Source of the DNA: Selaginella moellendorffii
Lineage: Eukaryota; Plantae; Lycopodiophyta
DNA length: 64,000 bases
NCBI RefSeq assembly: GCF_000143415.4
Contig: NW_003314373.1
Location: 310,001 to 374,000 of the forward strand
Direction: 5' to 3'
The notes beneath the pieces are model-generated. The model searched no databases, was not told the DNA's origin, and saw only the letters and a program-made list of their open reading frames with translations. A program made the translations under genes and the position numbers. How positions within the stretch are numbered: position 1 is the stretch's first letter; every line of letters begins with the position of its first letter. This document shows positions 23,112 to 35,681 of this stretch, one piece after another.

Positions 23112-24123
23112 TCAGCCTTGATCTTTGCTTGAGCTCTCGACTTCTTCGCCGACGAGAACGTCGGCGTACGCTAGCTGTGTCAATAGAAGTGTGAGGATGA
23201 TTCCATACGAGGCGAGTTTCCATGGACGCATTAAGGTTCCTGTTAGGAGGCCTGGAAGTTCCACCAAAGTTCTTGTCAATTGGATCGATTGAGAGAAGGA
23301 AAGAAAACTCACCAGAGCCAGAACTGTAAACAAACGAGGCCAGGACCAGGGAGATTCCTCCGGACAAAAACTGCTTGTAACTTGCGCTAAAGTTTCCCGA
23401 TGGTGAGCTAACTACCAAATCCTGGAGAACAAAAGCAGTCAAGAACTGTGAAGTTCACGAAGAGAATCTTGCGAACCTTTCTAGATGCCTTGGATCTATC
23501 CGGAGCAGTGTACAAATTCTTGAAGAACAGCCCCTCGTTTCGGAGATGAGCAGACCAGCGCTGATACTCGTCAATGGATTTGGATTGAGCCTATGTCGAA
23601 AGAAAAAAGACATAAGAACAGTGAAAACTTCTACAGTTCTTTACGTACCTCAAGATCGGCACGAGCCATTCGAAGTTCCTCTTCGATTGCACCAGCACCA
23701 GCATCAAGCTCCCTAAGCACCTGACGCAAGAAGAAAAAACGAAGAAATCTTGATGAGAACCAAAAAACCCAAGGACAAAAAAAAACGAAGAATACATACC
23801 CGGCTTCCAGCGGCATCGAGCTCTTTCATCGCACGAAACGCAATTCGAGCATGGTCGTGACGATAGTCTTGCGCAATAGTTTTCATGTACTGCGACCTTT
23901 CCTCCACAAATTCCGACATCTTCACCTTGCTTACTTGCATCTGGATCATCTCCACCAGCGCTCTTTGGACCTGGACATCGCCTCCCATTCCATTCCCATC
24001 TGAATCGCCATCCCTGGCGCTACATTGGACCATCAGCCTGCTCGTCCTGGATCGGCCGCGGCCAGGGTTGATCACAAACAAATCTAGCGCCGGCGCCCTG
24101 TATCCCTCTACCTTGAGCAACAT
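23112..24123 (-). CDS. Conserved-looking plastid-targeted protein with a coiled-coil region and two C-terminal TM helices; function unknown; multi-exon
   Basis: Transit peptide ending VQCS, coiled-coil ALVEMIQMQVSKVKMSEFVEERSQY, RNEGLFFKNLY and hydrophobic WKLASYGIILTLLLTQL; T-rich short introns. Confidence 0.65.
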
Positions 24124-24473
24124 CTCGCCACTAGAATCAAACTGAAAAGCGCTAGAATCGCAATGGATCTGTACCACGTCGCGCTCCCGAGCTCCAGGAA
24201 CCCTAGGCGAGAAGCACGCTTGACACGCAATGCCTCTCTCTTGCGTGTAACAACGACGCTCACAAGCCAAGAAAAGAGGTCCCACCGAGATTCGAACTCG
24301 GGCTCTTGGATTCAAAGTCCAATGTCGTAACCACTAGACTATGGGACCATTATTTACTAAAAATCACTTCGTATTAGTCCAAACCAAATTCTCTCAAACA
24401 AAATACACTCAATCCCAGTATTGGGTTGCCGCAGTAAAACCATATCAAGGAGAAGAAAAAATAAGTAAAGAAG

Positions 24474-25779
24474 CTATGCTGGGAAACTGGAAGACGAGGA
24501 TCCCATTTGCACCTTACCACCGTTTGCAAACGTTTCTTTCTCGGCATTTTTCTTCCTCTTGAAGTAGATGATCCAAGTGAGGATTTCCAGAATGAAGCTC
24601 ACGATGGCCGCCAGCACCACGAAGCCAGTGTAGGCGTTGTGCCACCGTCGCTTGGGCTGGAGGATCTCCAAACCTTTGTAGATGTTTGTGAAGATGAGGA
24701 TGAGCATGAGGTAGCCGATGGAGTGATGGTAAGCGTTCCAGTAGAGCCTGAGCTTGTGCTCCTTGTTTGGACGAAACGCTACTCCAAAAACCTGGGAAGG
24801 AAGTCGCAAGCTCGTAGACTCGTAGTATATCAGCAAAGTTCTTACCTGTAGACAGGCGAAACTAAAGATTGCAATGCCAATGTTTCGATGAACATCATGG
24901 ACGATCCCTTTGGAGTAACTTCCAAGCCTCAATCCAATGAGCCAGCCAATGGATCCCAGCAGCAAGCCAAGGCTTTGCAGAGATATGTGGACGTAGAACC
25001 AAACTTTCTCGGAGAAGGGCCTGGCATAGCGAGCAGTCATCATTCCAAGCGGGAGAAAAATCCCCCATCCAACTGCATTGAGAGCTCCATGGCTCTGGAA
25101 GAACAAAGGAAGAACACCAAGCGTAAGAAGAAAGCGAGAGAGCAAAAGAGCTAACCTGCTTGAGACTTTGATGAGGAGGCTCGGTGTCTATCACGGATCT
25201 GGTGCTCAGATCGATGACACCAACACCACTGCGATCTTCCGGAGAGAGTCCATGCTGGAGCGGCGAAACTCCAATCGTCTTGGAGCCTCGGTTCCACACA
25301 TGGTTGATCTTAGTCTGGTTTGGCCGGAGCTGGATGGTGGCAAAGATGGTCACAGTGGTGCCAGTGATCTCCACAGCCTTGTCGAGCACCGAGACATCCA
25401 GAGTTCCTGGAGTGAGCTGAGCTCCGGCTTGAATATCAGTGGTGAGCTTGTAAGTGTCGACATAGCTCCTGTCTTGGGTCCTAAAGCCGATCAAGGCATT
25501 GGTCCCAACCATCACTGGCCTGCTGCCCAGATTGATCCCCCAGCCCACCCATCCCATGGGGCTCGCGGCTTGTCCCAAGAACGCGACCTTGAGCGTGCTA
25601 TCGGCTGGATCGTAAGTCCAGGCCAGCGCCGCCGGGCCTGTGAGAGTGTTGCAAGCACCGAAATACCTGGTCTGGCCCTTGTATGTGAACGGCGACGTGC
25701 AATCCAGCGCCGCCTCCGCCGCGCGCGCGACGAGGATGGAGAGGGCGAGCAGCAGCAGCGCGCGCCTGGGGATCCACAT
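24474..25779 (-). CDS. DOMON + cytochrome b561 domain protein (CYBDOM/AIR12-related), 2 introns
   Basis: Signal peptide, GWVGWGIN...MVGTNALI, INHVWNRG, and heme-His motifs HGALNAVGWG, WFYVH, HRNIG, WNAYHHSIGY. Confidence 0.93.
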
Positions 25780-26184
25780 TGCTTCTTGGGAGATCCCGGA
25801 AGCTCCAATCCGGCGGGAAGGAGAGAATCCTTGGCAGGACTCGATAAACCCTAGCCTGGCGAGAGCTGCGCCAAACCCTCTGTGGCTCCACGTCTGATGT
25901 GCAGGACCACTGCCGCGATCGCCACCGTCCGTCCAGGAGCGTGTAGGATCAAAGTAACTATTTCGCGCCATTGCGTTTTTTGCTGACTAAACAGTGTTGA
26001 CTAACTCACTTGTAAGAATTCTAGGGCCACCCTGTCCTGACTATATGACTTATTCCAAAGTTTTGTGATGAAAATTATGGTCAATTCAAGCATGCAAGAA
26101 CTTAGATATATAAGTATAACGCGAGCTCTTGATCCAAACAACACGGTGAAGACACACAATTCAGAGCTTCTAGATTTCTACTTG

Positions 26185-27735
26185 ATGGAGTTAGCACTCT
26201 CTAGTTTCGCGCTTCCTTTTCTTTTGCTAGTGCTCACCGGAGCTCTTAGCATTCTGGTCACTTTGTGGGATAAGAAGAAGAATTTGCCCCCATCTCCAGG
26301 ATGGGCACTTCCATTGATCGGCCACCTTCATCTCATTACGAAGCAGCCACATCGATCTTTGCAAGCACTCTCCAAAAAGTATGGGCCAATTATGTTCTTG
26401 AAGCTTGGGATGATCCCAAGCATCATTGTCTCCAGCCCAGAGATGGCGAAAGAAGCTCTCATGAACAATGGCTTGGCATTTGCTTCGAGGCCATATCTCT
26501 TGATCTCCGAGATTATTGGGTATGATTTCCAAAGCATTGGGATACACTACAGCGAGCATTCAAGGAGGCTGCGTAAGATGTGTGTGACTGAACTTATTGC
26601 TCCCCAGAAACTGGAATCCTCCTTGTGGGTGAGGTTCCAAGAACTCTCGAGAGCGTTTCGTATCTTGCGAAAGTCTAACGAGGAAAAAGTAGCTGTTGAC
26701 ATGAGATATCTCTTCTCAACTTTCACATTCAACGCCTTCACAATGATCCTGATGAGCAAGAGATACTTTGGGGACACCACTGATGACAATGATCAACACA
26801 GGGAGATTAAACATGTTATTAATGAAATCTTCAGCCTGGCAATCAAGTTCCACATCACCGAATTTGTTCCATCGTACCTCAGGTGCTTTTTAGAATGGCT
26901 CGATCCGACCATCCCTCAGTTCAAGAGATTGCACGAGAGGCAAGACAAGTTCATGAAGAAGATCATCAAAGAACACAAAGAGCCAACCGCTCGTCCCAAA
27001 GACTTCATGGACGCACTGCTCGAGAGTTTCAGCGCAGAAGACACAGTAAAAGCGTTTATAACAGTAAGTTCACTCCACATATAAACTTATTCCTTATACC
27101 ATCGTGGTTGACAGGAATTGTTGCTAGCATCTGATTCAACGGCCGTGGCTGCTGAATGGGTGATGGCACAACTTCTTCACAATCCTCATGTTTTGGAGAA
27201 AGCTCAACTCGAGCTCAACCTTGTCGTGGGTCCAAATCGCCTGGTTCAAGAGTCTGATTTCTCAAAGCTGGAGTACCTTCAAGCAATCATCAAGGAAACC
27301 TTGAGGCTTTGTCCTCCAGGTCCACTCCTCATTCCTCGCAGCTCTGACGAAGCTTGCACGATTGGTGGCTACTACGTTCCCAAAGGCTCAACACTCTTTG
27401 TCAATGCTTTCGCCATTGGACGCGATCCAAGTATCTGGGAAAGCCCCACAGAGTTCATGCCCGAGAGATTCCTTGGGAGATCAGTGGATTTCAAGGGCCA
27501 GCACTTTGATCTCATACCATTTGGATCGGGGCGGCGGATGTGTCCTGGAATGCCACTCGCATTAAAAGCGCTTGAGCTGCTCTTGGCTAACCTTGTCCAT
27601 GGATTTGATTGGAGCTTCCCTCCCGGAGAGATCCAAACTCTTGAGGATTGCTTTGAGACGACGCTGCTGCTCAAGTCTCCTCTAAAACTCCTGGCAGTTC
27701 CAAGACATTCAGCGTCTGTGTATGCTGAAATCTGA
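26185..27735 (+). CDS. Cytochrome P450, CYP71 clan, single intron (~27064-27114)
   Basis: LPPSPGWALPLIGHLH, KETLR (ExxR), PERF and PFGSGRRMCPG heme motif; A-type intron position just before the I-helix. Confidence 0.95.
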
Positions 27736-28884
27736 AATCTGAACTGATACTGTTAAATAACGTGGACGTTCTTAGCTCTGTTTAGCTCCTTCATCTCTCA
27801 AAGGCTCCGTCAGGACTCTTTGCGCAAGCAAGCTTCCACATCTAGTGTGCTGTTCGCCACTATTACCACGGAAAGCCTTCAGCAGCAGCTTGCTTTCAAG
27901 GCTTCCAAAGGTATTCAGAAGTGCAAGTTTACTTGCTGTCTGGAAAGAGATGAGGTCGCGAATAGCGCATTGCATCATGCTGTTGACCACGCCAATCGAC
28001 TCCACAAACAAAATTCATATAATCTGGGCGACGGATTCATCTGAAATACAAGCGGCCATTTGAAATTTCTACATAGTTCTCGCATTCTTTATGCTTTTTT
28101 CTTTACACAGCGCCAAGGAAGCTTGCAAAGAGAAAAAATGCCACCGTTTAGAATTTTTTGTGGAAACTTACTCGAAACTTGAATTTTTCTCTAGAGGATA
28201 ATGCTCTTGACTGACTTGGCAGAGTCTTGTTCAAGAACTTCTGGGTAAGCATGACTTTGGCATTCCCTGAGAAGATAGAGAAGTCAATTTGCATTTTTCA
28301 TGAGATCGAGCAAGTGCATGTATTCGTCGCCCAGTTGCCTTGCGATTGCGACTCTCCCATGCCAGTTGAAGCGCGAGGTTGACAGGTTTAAGCTCTGTTC
28401 CGTCCACGATACCCCAACAATCCTTGGCAAGTAGGATCAGTTACACCACCATATTGCATCTTTCAAAGGTTGTTCCCATGAATTCTGATTCTGGATGCGC
28501 AGGAGGTGGGGGAGGAGGAGGAGGGTAGAAGAAGATGTGGCCATTGTTTAGAGACTAGAGTGGAATCTAGTAAGGAGGTGGAGAAGGGGATGAGTCATTC
28601 CTAGGGATAGATTGGCTCCATCCTGCGCAGATGTTAGAGTAGCGAGGGCATCACTGCGTTCGTTCCCTCCTTTTGCACTCCTGGGTTCCGTGTTCCACTC
28701 TCGCAAGTGTTGCGAGTGCTTGCGCCCTCTCACCTTCATCGGTCCGTATTCTCTGATGCTAGTGGGGATTGGCCATTGGAACCAGATACCATGTAGAATT
28801 TAACTCATAGCATGTCAGTTATATATTTATATATCTCTCGCTATGTCTCTTGACGTTTGGCTGAAGTGGCATTCGTGTTTTTCC

Positions 28885-29400
28885 ACAGCTTCCATCCCTC
28901 AGCTTTGATCTCTATCTTTGCAACCTCCTTATTCTCAATATGTATGGAAGGTGTGGCAGCATTTTAGGTGCCCAGGCGATATTAAGTCCATCACAAATTC
29001 CAATAATTTCTCCTGGAACATCATCTTTGGTGTACATGCCCAGAATGGGCATTTGTAGCAAGCCAAGAACACCTTCGAATCTTAGAATGCCAGATTCAAA
29101 TGTGGTGCATGGCAACAGCATAGGCGAGCCAATGAGATGTCGCCTCAAAAGGACATTGCCTGTTGGAATGGAATGATGCATGCCTATCTCTTAGGCTGGT
29201 GAAGTTGATGTTGACACCATTCCAAATATGATAACTTTCAATGTGATAATTGTCATGTATTTAAAATGGGATTTCTTGATCTTGCTAAGATTTTGCTTTA
29301 TTCGTTGTCATAGCATTATTTGGCAAGCAACATTACTTTCCACCTCCTAACATCTTGAATTATATTGAAATATTTTTGGAAGCATGAGAGATCGAGTGAC
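28885..29400 (+). pseudogene. PPR pseudogene, decayed copy of the 5' part of the gene at 31710
   Basis: agcttccatccctcagctttgatctctatctttgcaacctcctt...atgtatggaaggtgtggcagcatt matches 31856-31930; frameshifts and deletions follow. Confidence 0.88.
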
Positions 29401-31286
29401 ATGGGCTAAAGTTCTCAATGGAGTTCACTCCAAGTAGCTTCATAGCTGCACAATCTTGGTTGCCAAAGACCAGCTTTATTTTTGACTCAAAGCTGATAAG
29501 TTACCTAAACTCTTTAGAGGATGAATCCTTGCAAGAGGTATTCAAGAATATTCTGATTAGTACACAAAAATAAGTTTTCTAGAATATTTTGAAAAAGTGT
29601 TATAATCATGAATAAAATTATTTTGTATTTGTTGTTTGTTATTAAGATTTTTAATGAGATAAGATATTTTACAAGTGAAATTTTATGTATTATATTTATT
29701 TCCTAGAAAGTTGAGATTTTTTTAAAAACTTTTTTCTATCTAAAGTCAATAGCACATTGCAATTGAAAAAGAAAATTATTTTATTATGTATGAAATGACC
29801 TAAATTTATAATCTTTTTCCCATTAATACATACATTGAATATCTCAAGAGAGTCATACAACTTTTACATTAGTACCTGAATAAATATAAAATTTTGCTAT
29901 AAAAACTGAGTTAATTGATTGTTAGAGATAAAATTCATTGTATTTTTGTTAGTGATAATTTGAATTGTTAATGCAAGCGCCTCATGTAGTTAAATTGATT
30001 GATGAAGATTCATATGAGTACAAAGCTTTTACATATTTCCCATACCATCTCATTGTCATGCCAGACCAGCATTATCTTATAGATATTCTCAGTCATAGTA
30101 TAGAGCTCTCACTATACTTTTAAGGTGTTATATGATAATTGTAACCTAAAACTTTATTCTTAAGGTTTCAACTATGGTTATGTGGGAAATAGTTTACTAG
30201 AACTTTTTGGACTTTTAGACTTTTATTGAAAGTGCTTGAGTTGCTCTTGACTTTGTCCATGGAAATTCTAGCTCATCATACTCATGCTTTTGAGTTAATC
30301 ATGGATTTCTATCTGTGATTAAGTTTAGCTAACTTTGGCCAAGGATACTTTAACTTATCTTACTCATGCTTTTGAGTTAGTTGTGGATTTCAATCCATGA
30401 TTAAGTTAGGCCTTACACCACTTTAGTTTAGGGGGAATGATGTCATATGTATTTACTAAGGATTATATTTACTATTGTTATAGTAGAAATTGAACCCTAA
30501 ACCTCTAAAACATGACATATTAAGTTTTTGAATTAACTTGGATTGGACCAAATTAATTTTCAAAACCCTTATTTATTATTGTTATTGTTATTATTGTTTT
30601 AGTAATTTATTAATATGTCTTCCCTCCTCTTGAATATTAACTCTTGATAAACATACCATTGTGGAGCTTGTTGTCAATGATATCAAAGCCCCCTCCACTA
30701 CCACCCTCAGTTGCTAACCACCTTCTTTCATTTAAAATTTTTTGGTGATACAAACTCTGAATTTTCCTCCAAATTTGGTATATGAATCAGTGGTTAAAAA
30801 TACTTTTTGGTACATTTTTTTATCCAGAAGGGTAGGAGATTTTATATTTCATGTGTACCACCAAAAGCCTCTAGTAGCAGCTTGCCACAAGTAAATTTCT
30901 ACTCAAACGCTTTGCAAAGAAGTTTGCAAGGAGAACAAATGCCACTGGAGCTTGCCATCAGTGACATCAAGCCATGCCACTGCCACCGTCACATTCTTTC
31001 ACTTTGAATTTATTTAGTGGAAACTTCTCTACTCCAAACTTGAATTTTCCTCCAGACTTGGCATATGGACCGATGCTGCTACTAAAGTCATGGCAATTAC
31101 GTATGATTATACTATTAATCATCTGAAATCAACGTTGGTAGTCTGCATGCATACATGGGTACTAATCAGATCAAGTTTGAATTATTCAGGTCTCAAAGTT
31201 TAGTCTGAAATGCTAAGATAGAATCTTCAAATCTAAAGATGAAAATTATGCCACAGTACTTTGCATCGGGACTTCGCATATAATAG

Positions 31287-31640
31287 AACCTTGTCGTGGG
31301 GGCCAAACCGCCTGGTCGAAGAGTCCGATTTCTAAAAGCCCGAGTATTTTCAAGCTATTATCAAGGAAACGATGAGACTTTGCCCTCCAGCACTCCTCCT
31401 CCCTCGCAGCTCTGGCAAGATCGGTGGCTATGACATCCCCAAAGGTTTATCAATGCTTTCCATGGGACGCGACCCAAGAACACCCCACGAAGTTTATGCC
31501 CGACAGATTCTTTAGAAGCTCGACGGACATCAAGGGCCAGCATTTCGAGCTCATGCCATTTGGGATGCCACAGTTAATACTCTTTGCGAAAGGAGCGAAA
31601 GGTTTATACTCTTTGCTACTCAAGAGTCGATGGCAATTCC
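31287..31640 (+). pseudogene. P450 pseudogene fragment (3' exon), copy of 27217-27700
   Basis: aaccttgtcgtggg..ccaaaccgcctggtcgaagagtccgatttc, IKETMRL, FMPDRF and KGQHFELMPFG; the heme cysteine motif is deleted, with stops and frameshifts. Confidence 0.88.
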
Positions 31641-31709
31641 AAGGCACTCCTTGGATGTGTGTAAGACCTTTTAAAACTACTATATATATTTTGATGAGAT
31701 TTATTTGCC

Positions 31710-33551
31710 ATGGCTACGATTCTTCCAAAATCTTTGAAGCCGGGATACTCGGACGATCGCGCAAGGGAGCAAAACTACTTTGCCAGTCTTCTCAAAGATT
31801 GCACAGGCTCAAGAAATCTCCAGCAAGGCAGGCAAATTCACGCTCGAATTCTAGAGCTTCCATCTCTCGGCTCTGATCTCTACCTTTGCAACCTCCTCGT
31901 TCTCATGTATGGAAGGTGTGGCAGCATTGCAGATGCCCAGGCGGTGTTTGAGTCCATCGCTAATCCCAATGATTTCTCCTGGAACATCTTGTTTGGTGTA
32001 TATGCCCACAATGGGCGTTTGCAGCAAGCCAAGAACACCTTCGATAGAATGCCAAATCCAAATGTGGTCTCTTTCAACTCCATGGCCGCGGCATACGCCC
32101 AAAACGGCGAGCTAGATCGAGCCAAAGAGATGTTCGATGCAACGCCTCGAAAGGACACTGCCTCTTGGAATGGAATGATGCATGCCTTCTCTCAGGCTGG
32201 ACAGGTCGACGCTGCGAGAGAGATTTTTGACACCATGCCTCACAAAGACGTCGTGTCGTGGTCGTGTGTTATTTCAGCATATGCCCAAACCGGGCATCTT
32301 GAAGAAGCCGAGTCCTTGTTTTTGAGAATGCCAAATCCAAATGTGATAACTTTCAACGCAATGATAGTCGCGTATTCACAAGCTGCATTGTTCGATCGTG
32401 CGAAAAGTCTGTTTGATTCAATGCCGGAGCGGGATTTGGTGACATGGGCAACGTTGCTCTCCACATATGCCCAAAAGAAAGACCTCCAAAACGCGGAGTT
32501 CTTGTTCAAAAGCATGCCGAGACACGACATTCTGTCAATGAACGTGATGATCAATGCTTACGTTCTTAATGGTCAACTTGAGAAGTCCATCTCTACTTTT
32601 AAATCTATGCGCTACAAAGATGTTGTTTCATGGACGTCTGCTCTTTCCGCATATGCCCAAGCAGGTCATGTTGGCGACGCAAAGTTGCTCTTTGACAAGA
32701 TGCCGGAATGGAACGTTGTCTCATGCACGACCTTGATCTCACTATTTGCGCTCAAACAAAGGCTAGAAGACGCTACAGTCTTGCTTGACTCAATGCCTGA
32801 GCACGACGTCATTGTATGGAACGCAATTTGTGCAGAATATGCCAACAATGGGCATCTTGAGGAATCCAAGAAGGTGTTTGATTCCATGCCATACAAGAAC
32901 TTGGAATCCCTCCACGCACTGATGGCCGCTTACGTGCACAACATGAAACTTAACGAGGCTAGACAGCTCCTCGATTCCATGCAAGTCCGAGATATAGTTT
33001 CCTGGAACACTCTCGTCGCTGCTTATGCCCAAAACGGTCAAATGGATCGAGCAAGCGGGCTCTTTCGAGGTCTCCCTCAAACCGACGTGGGAACCTGGAG
33101 TTCTATGATCGCTGGGCATGCAAAGGCTGGCCATGGCGAGAAGGCCGTCCAAGTTTTGAGTGAGATGGTCATGGAAGCCGTAGCACCCGACGAGCTAACT
33201 TTCGCGAGCGTTTTAGCAGCTTGCAGCCATGGAGGGCTGCTCGAGCAAGGCACACGCTACTTCCTTTTGATGAGCTCGGACCTCGGGATCAAGCCGCTGG
33301 TGGAGCACTTCTCGGCGATGGTGGACATTTACAGCCGAGTCGGGCTGCTCAAGTTTGCCGAGGAGCTGATTGAGACGATGCCGTTTGTGCCGCAGCCGGA
33401 GACTTATCGAGCTCTGATGAGTGCCTGCGAGACCCAGAAGAATTCGTCGCTGGGGTCTCGAGCTGCCGAAAAGGTTGTTGCTTTGGATCCTGCTAAGTCG
33501 ACATCGTATATAATGCTTTCGAATATGTACAGGGACAAACTTACTAGTTAG
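31710..33551 (+). CDS. PLS-class PPR protein with a long SS-type repeat tract and E domain
   Basis: 613-aa intronless ORF with 31-aa repeats (A...FD.MP..DVVSW), PDELTFASVLAACSHGG, EHFSAMVDIYSRVG and SYIMLSNMY. Confidence 0.95.
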   Translation: MATILPKSLKPGYSDDRAREQNYFASLLKDCTGSRNLQQGRQIHARILELPSLGSDLYLCNLLVLMYGRCGSIADAQAVFESIANPNDFSWNILFGVYAHNGRLQQAKNTFDRMPNPNVVSFNSMAAAYAQNGELDRAKEMFDATPRKDTASWNGMMHAFSQAGQVDAAREIFDTMPHKDVVSWSCVISAYAQTGHLEEAESLFLRMPNPNVITFNAMIVAYSQAALFDRAKSLFDSMPERDLVTWATLLSTYAQKKDLQNAEFLFKSMPRHDILSMNVMINAYVLNGQLEKSISTFKSMRYKDVVSWTSALSAYAQAGHVGDAKLLFDKMPEWNVVSCTTLISLFALKQRLEDATVLLDSMPEHDVIVWNAICAEYANNGHLEESKKVFDSMPYKNLESLHALMAAYVHNMKLNEARQLLDSMQVRDIVSWNTLVAAYAQNGQMDRASGLFRGLPQTDVGTWSSMIAGHAKAGHGEKAVQVLSEMVMEAVAPDELTFASVLAACSHGGLLEQGTRYFLLMSSDLGIKPLVEHFSAMVDIYSRVGLLKFAEELIETMPFVPQPETYRALMSACETQKNSSLGSRAAEKVVALDPAKSTSYIMLSNMYRDKLTS

Positions 33552-33582
33552 TAGACCTGCGCACTGCAAAGGAAGAAAGAAA

Positions 33583-34933
33583 TTAAGGGGAGAAGAAAAG
33601 CTTAATACCTTGCTTACCAGCAATCTCACGAGCATGGCTTTGCCTTTTCACTGCGTGGTTTTTGAGAATTTCTTTCTTGATGTCGGCCGAGAGCTTGTAG
33701 CTCACAAGGCGGATAATGGGAGCCCAGAAAGCCTCGAGCAGTGTCCTGGCGAAGCTCGCGGGAGCAAGCATCCCGCGAGTGAGCACCACCAGCGGGAAAA
33801 ACGACTTCGGTGCCACGAGAAACGAGCCTTTCTTGACAGCATCGAGCGTGACCTCCGCGAGCTTATCGGGTGACTGCATCGTCTTGGGATCATATCGATT
33901 GAGTATCTTGAGCATTGTTTCAAACTCGCCATCCTTGTCCACTGCAAAAAGTGTAGACTGTCACGGCTAGAAATCTTTCAAGTGTAAGTACCTTGATCTA
34001 TAAGAGCAGTGTCGACAAAGCCAGGACAGACGAGATTGACATTGATGTTATACGGCAAAAGCTCGAGATGGAGACACTCTGCTAATCCTCGTAGAGCATG
34101 CTTGGTTGCACTGTACACTGAGCTCCCGTACAAAAGGAACTGGAGAAAAGATCAACACAAGATATAAAGAGAGATTCCTATAGAGTGAAGTATACCAGTC
34201 CTGCTCCGGAGCTGACGATCACAATCGAGTGCTTCTTTTCGCTTGCGAGCGGCTTCATGAGTGGAAGCGCGGTGTGGACTGTATGAATCACTCCCATCAA
34301 GTTCGTCTGGACTTGACCTGCATGAACTTCCACCGGGACTTCGTCAAAGTATCCAGCCTTAGTGTACCCCGCGTTGCAAACCAGGACGTCGATTGGTTTC
34401 CACGAGTGAGCCTCGCTCACGGCGGAGGATATCGCGTTAAAATCGCCAACGTCGGCCACCTGATAAAAGTAGGATAACTCCAAGTAAGAACTTGGAAAAA
34501 TTCCAATCAAGTAAGAACGAATAAAGAAAGCAATCCAAAGGACGAACAGAAGAAAACAAGACGAAAGAAACAAGAAACAAAGAGCAAAACAGCAAAACAA
34601 AAAGCTATCAGAACGATGGACGATCAAGGCAGAAAGAGATGTATGTATACATACCAAAACTTTGATGCTATGGCTGTCGCAGTGCGCTTCACTCACAAGA
34701 GATTGAGCCGCCTTGTCGAGCTTGAGCTGGTTTCTGGCCGAGATGGTAACAAATGCCCCTTGGAGGAGGGCCTGCTTGGCAATGGCGAGCCCAATGCCGC
34801 TGGAAGCTCCTGTGATAAAGACGTGCTTGCCCGCCAGCGATGGGATAGCCAGTTTCTTCCTCCTGCCAAATGTAAGAAATGCAAACGCCACCGCCGCTGC
34901 CGCTGCCGCTCCCGCCGCCACTAGCCCCGCCAT
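33583..34933 (-). CDS. Short-chain dehydrogenase, 3-ketodihydrosphingosine reductase (TSC10/KDSR)-like, multi-exon
   Basis: N-terminal TM, KHVFITGASSGIGLAIA, IDVLVCNAG, YSATKHALRGLAECL (YxxxK) and VCPGFVDT. Confidence 0.85.
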
Positions 34934-35228
34934 TGCTCCCGCGCTAGGGCTCACATCAATTCGATTTGGGGTTTATCTTTACTTTACTGCTACACTCTTT
35001 TGATTTTGATAAAATTGATAATTCTTGATCTTTTCGTTAAATAAAAGAATACTAATTGCTATGGAAGTTGGCCCCTATTGTGTCTTGTTCTAGAACCCAG
35101 AATTATTGGGTTTGTCTTTTTTTTACTATAGCATTATTTTTAAAAGTTGTAATAACTAAGCATATCCTATTTTAATGCTATTTAAAAAGCCTTTATAAAG
35201 CAGATATAAACCATTTCATACTTAAAGA

Positions 35229-35681
35229 ATGACAGAGTTTGTTGTAGTTGTTTTCCTTTATTCATTTTTACTATATTTTCTTTTAGTTGGTGGGTATTTG
35301 CCAAGTGAAGCAACTCAAGATTGTATATCAATTGGTACACAAGATCCACCTTCTCCCCAAGCATATTGTCATGTAACAAATCTGTGTAAAGTTAGGTACT
35401 TTAATAATTTTTGGGAAAATGGAGAATATACTGCCTCGGGAGGAGGAATTTATGTCACAATTACTGTTAATAGAATGTATAGTAGGGCATCAATTCAACA
35501 AGATATAGAACAAGCTTTTAATTTTATATGGATTAGATGTATATCAGTGCTACGTCAAATGGGTGGTTTTGTTTATTTGAATGATGGAAGTTTATCAGTT
35601 AATGTTCAGATTGCACGAAGAAGAGAGTTATTAAAAGATCTTGATAGAATTAAAATAACAAAAGAATGTTCATCTTTATAA
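35229..35681 (+). CDS. Small secreted Cys-containing protein, family A, copy 1 (150 aa, AT-rich, intronless)
   Basis: Hydrophobic signal peptide, TATA-like tataaa upstream, frame intact in both duplicates, and a clear homologue at 62539-63368. Confidence 0.75.
   Translation: MTEFVVVVFLYSFLLYFLLVGGYLPSEATQDCISIGTQDPPSPQAYCHVTNLCKVRYFNNFWENGEYTASGGGIYVTITVNRMYSRASIQQDIEQAFNFIWIRCISVLRQMGGFVYLNDGSLSVNVQIARRRELLKDLDRIKITKECSSL

Noticed and set aside
30280-31070. Two pairs of short degenerate direct repeats in an AT-rich spacer
   Set aside because: No termini, ORF or target-site duplication; cannot be assigned beyond decayed repeat DNA
12789-34933. Possible biosynthetic gene cluster (P450, 2OG-oxygenase-like, SDR, cytochrome b561)
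   Set aside because: No scaffold-forming enzyme; the genes are interleaved with unrelated housekeeping genes; the oxygenase looks inactive and the SDR resembles primary sphingolipid metabolism
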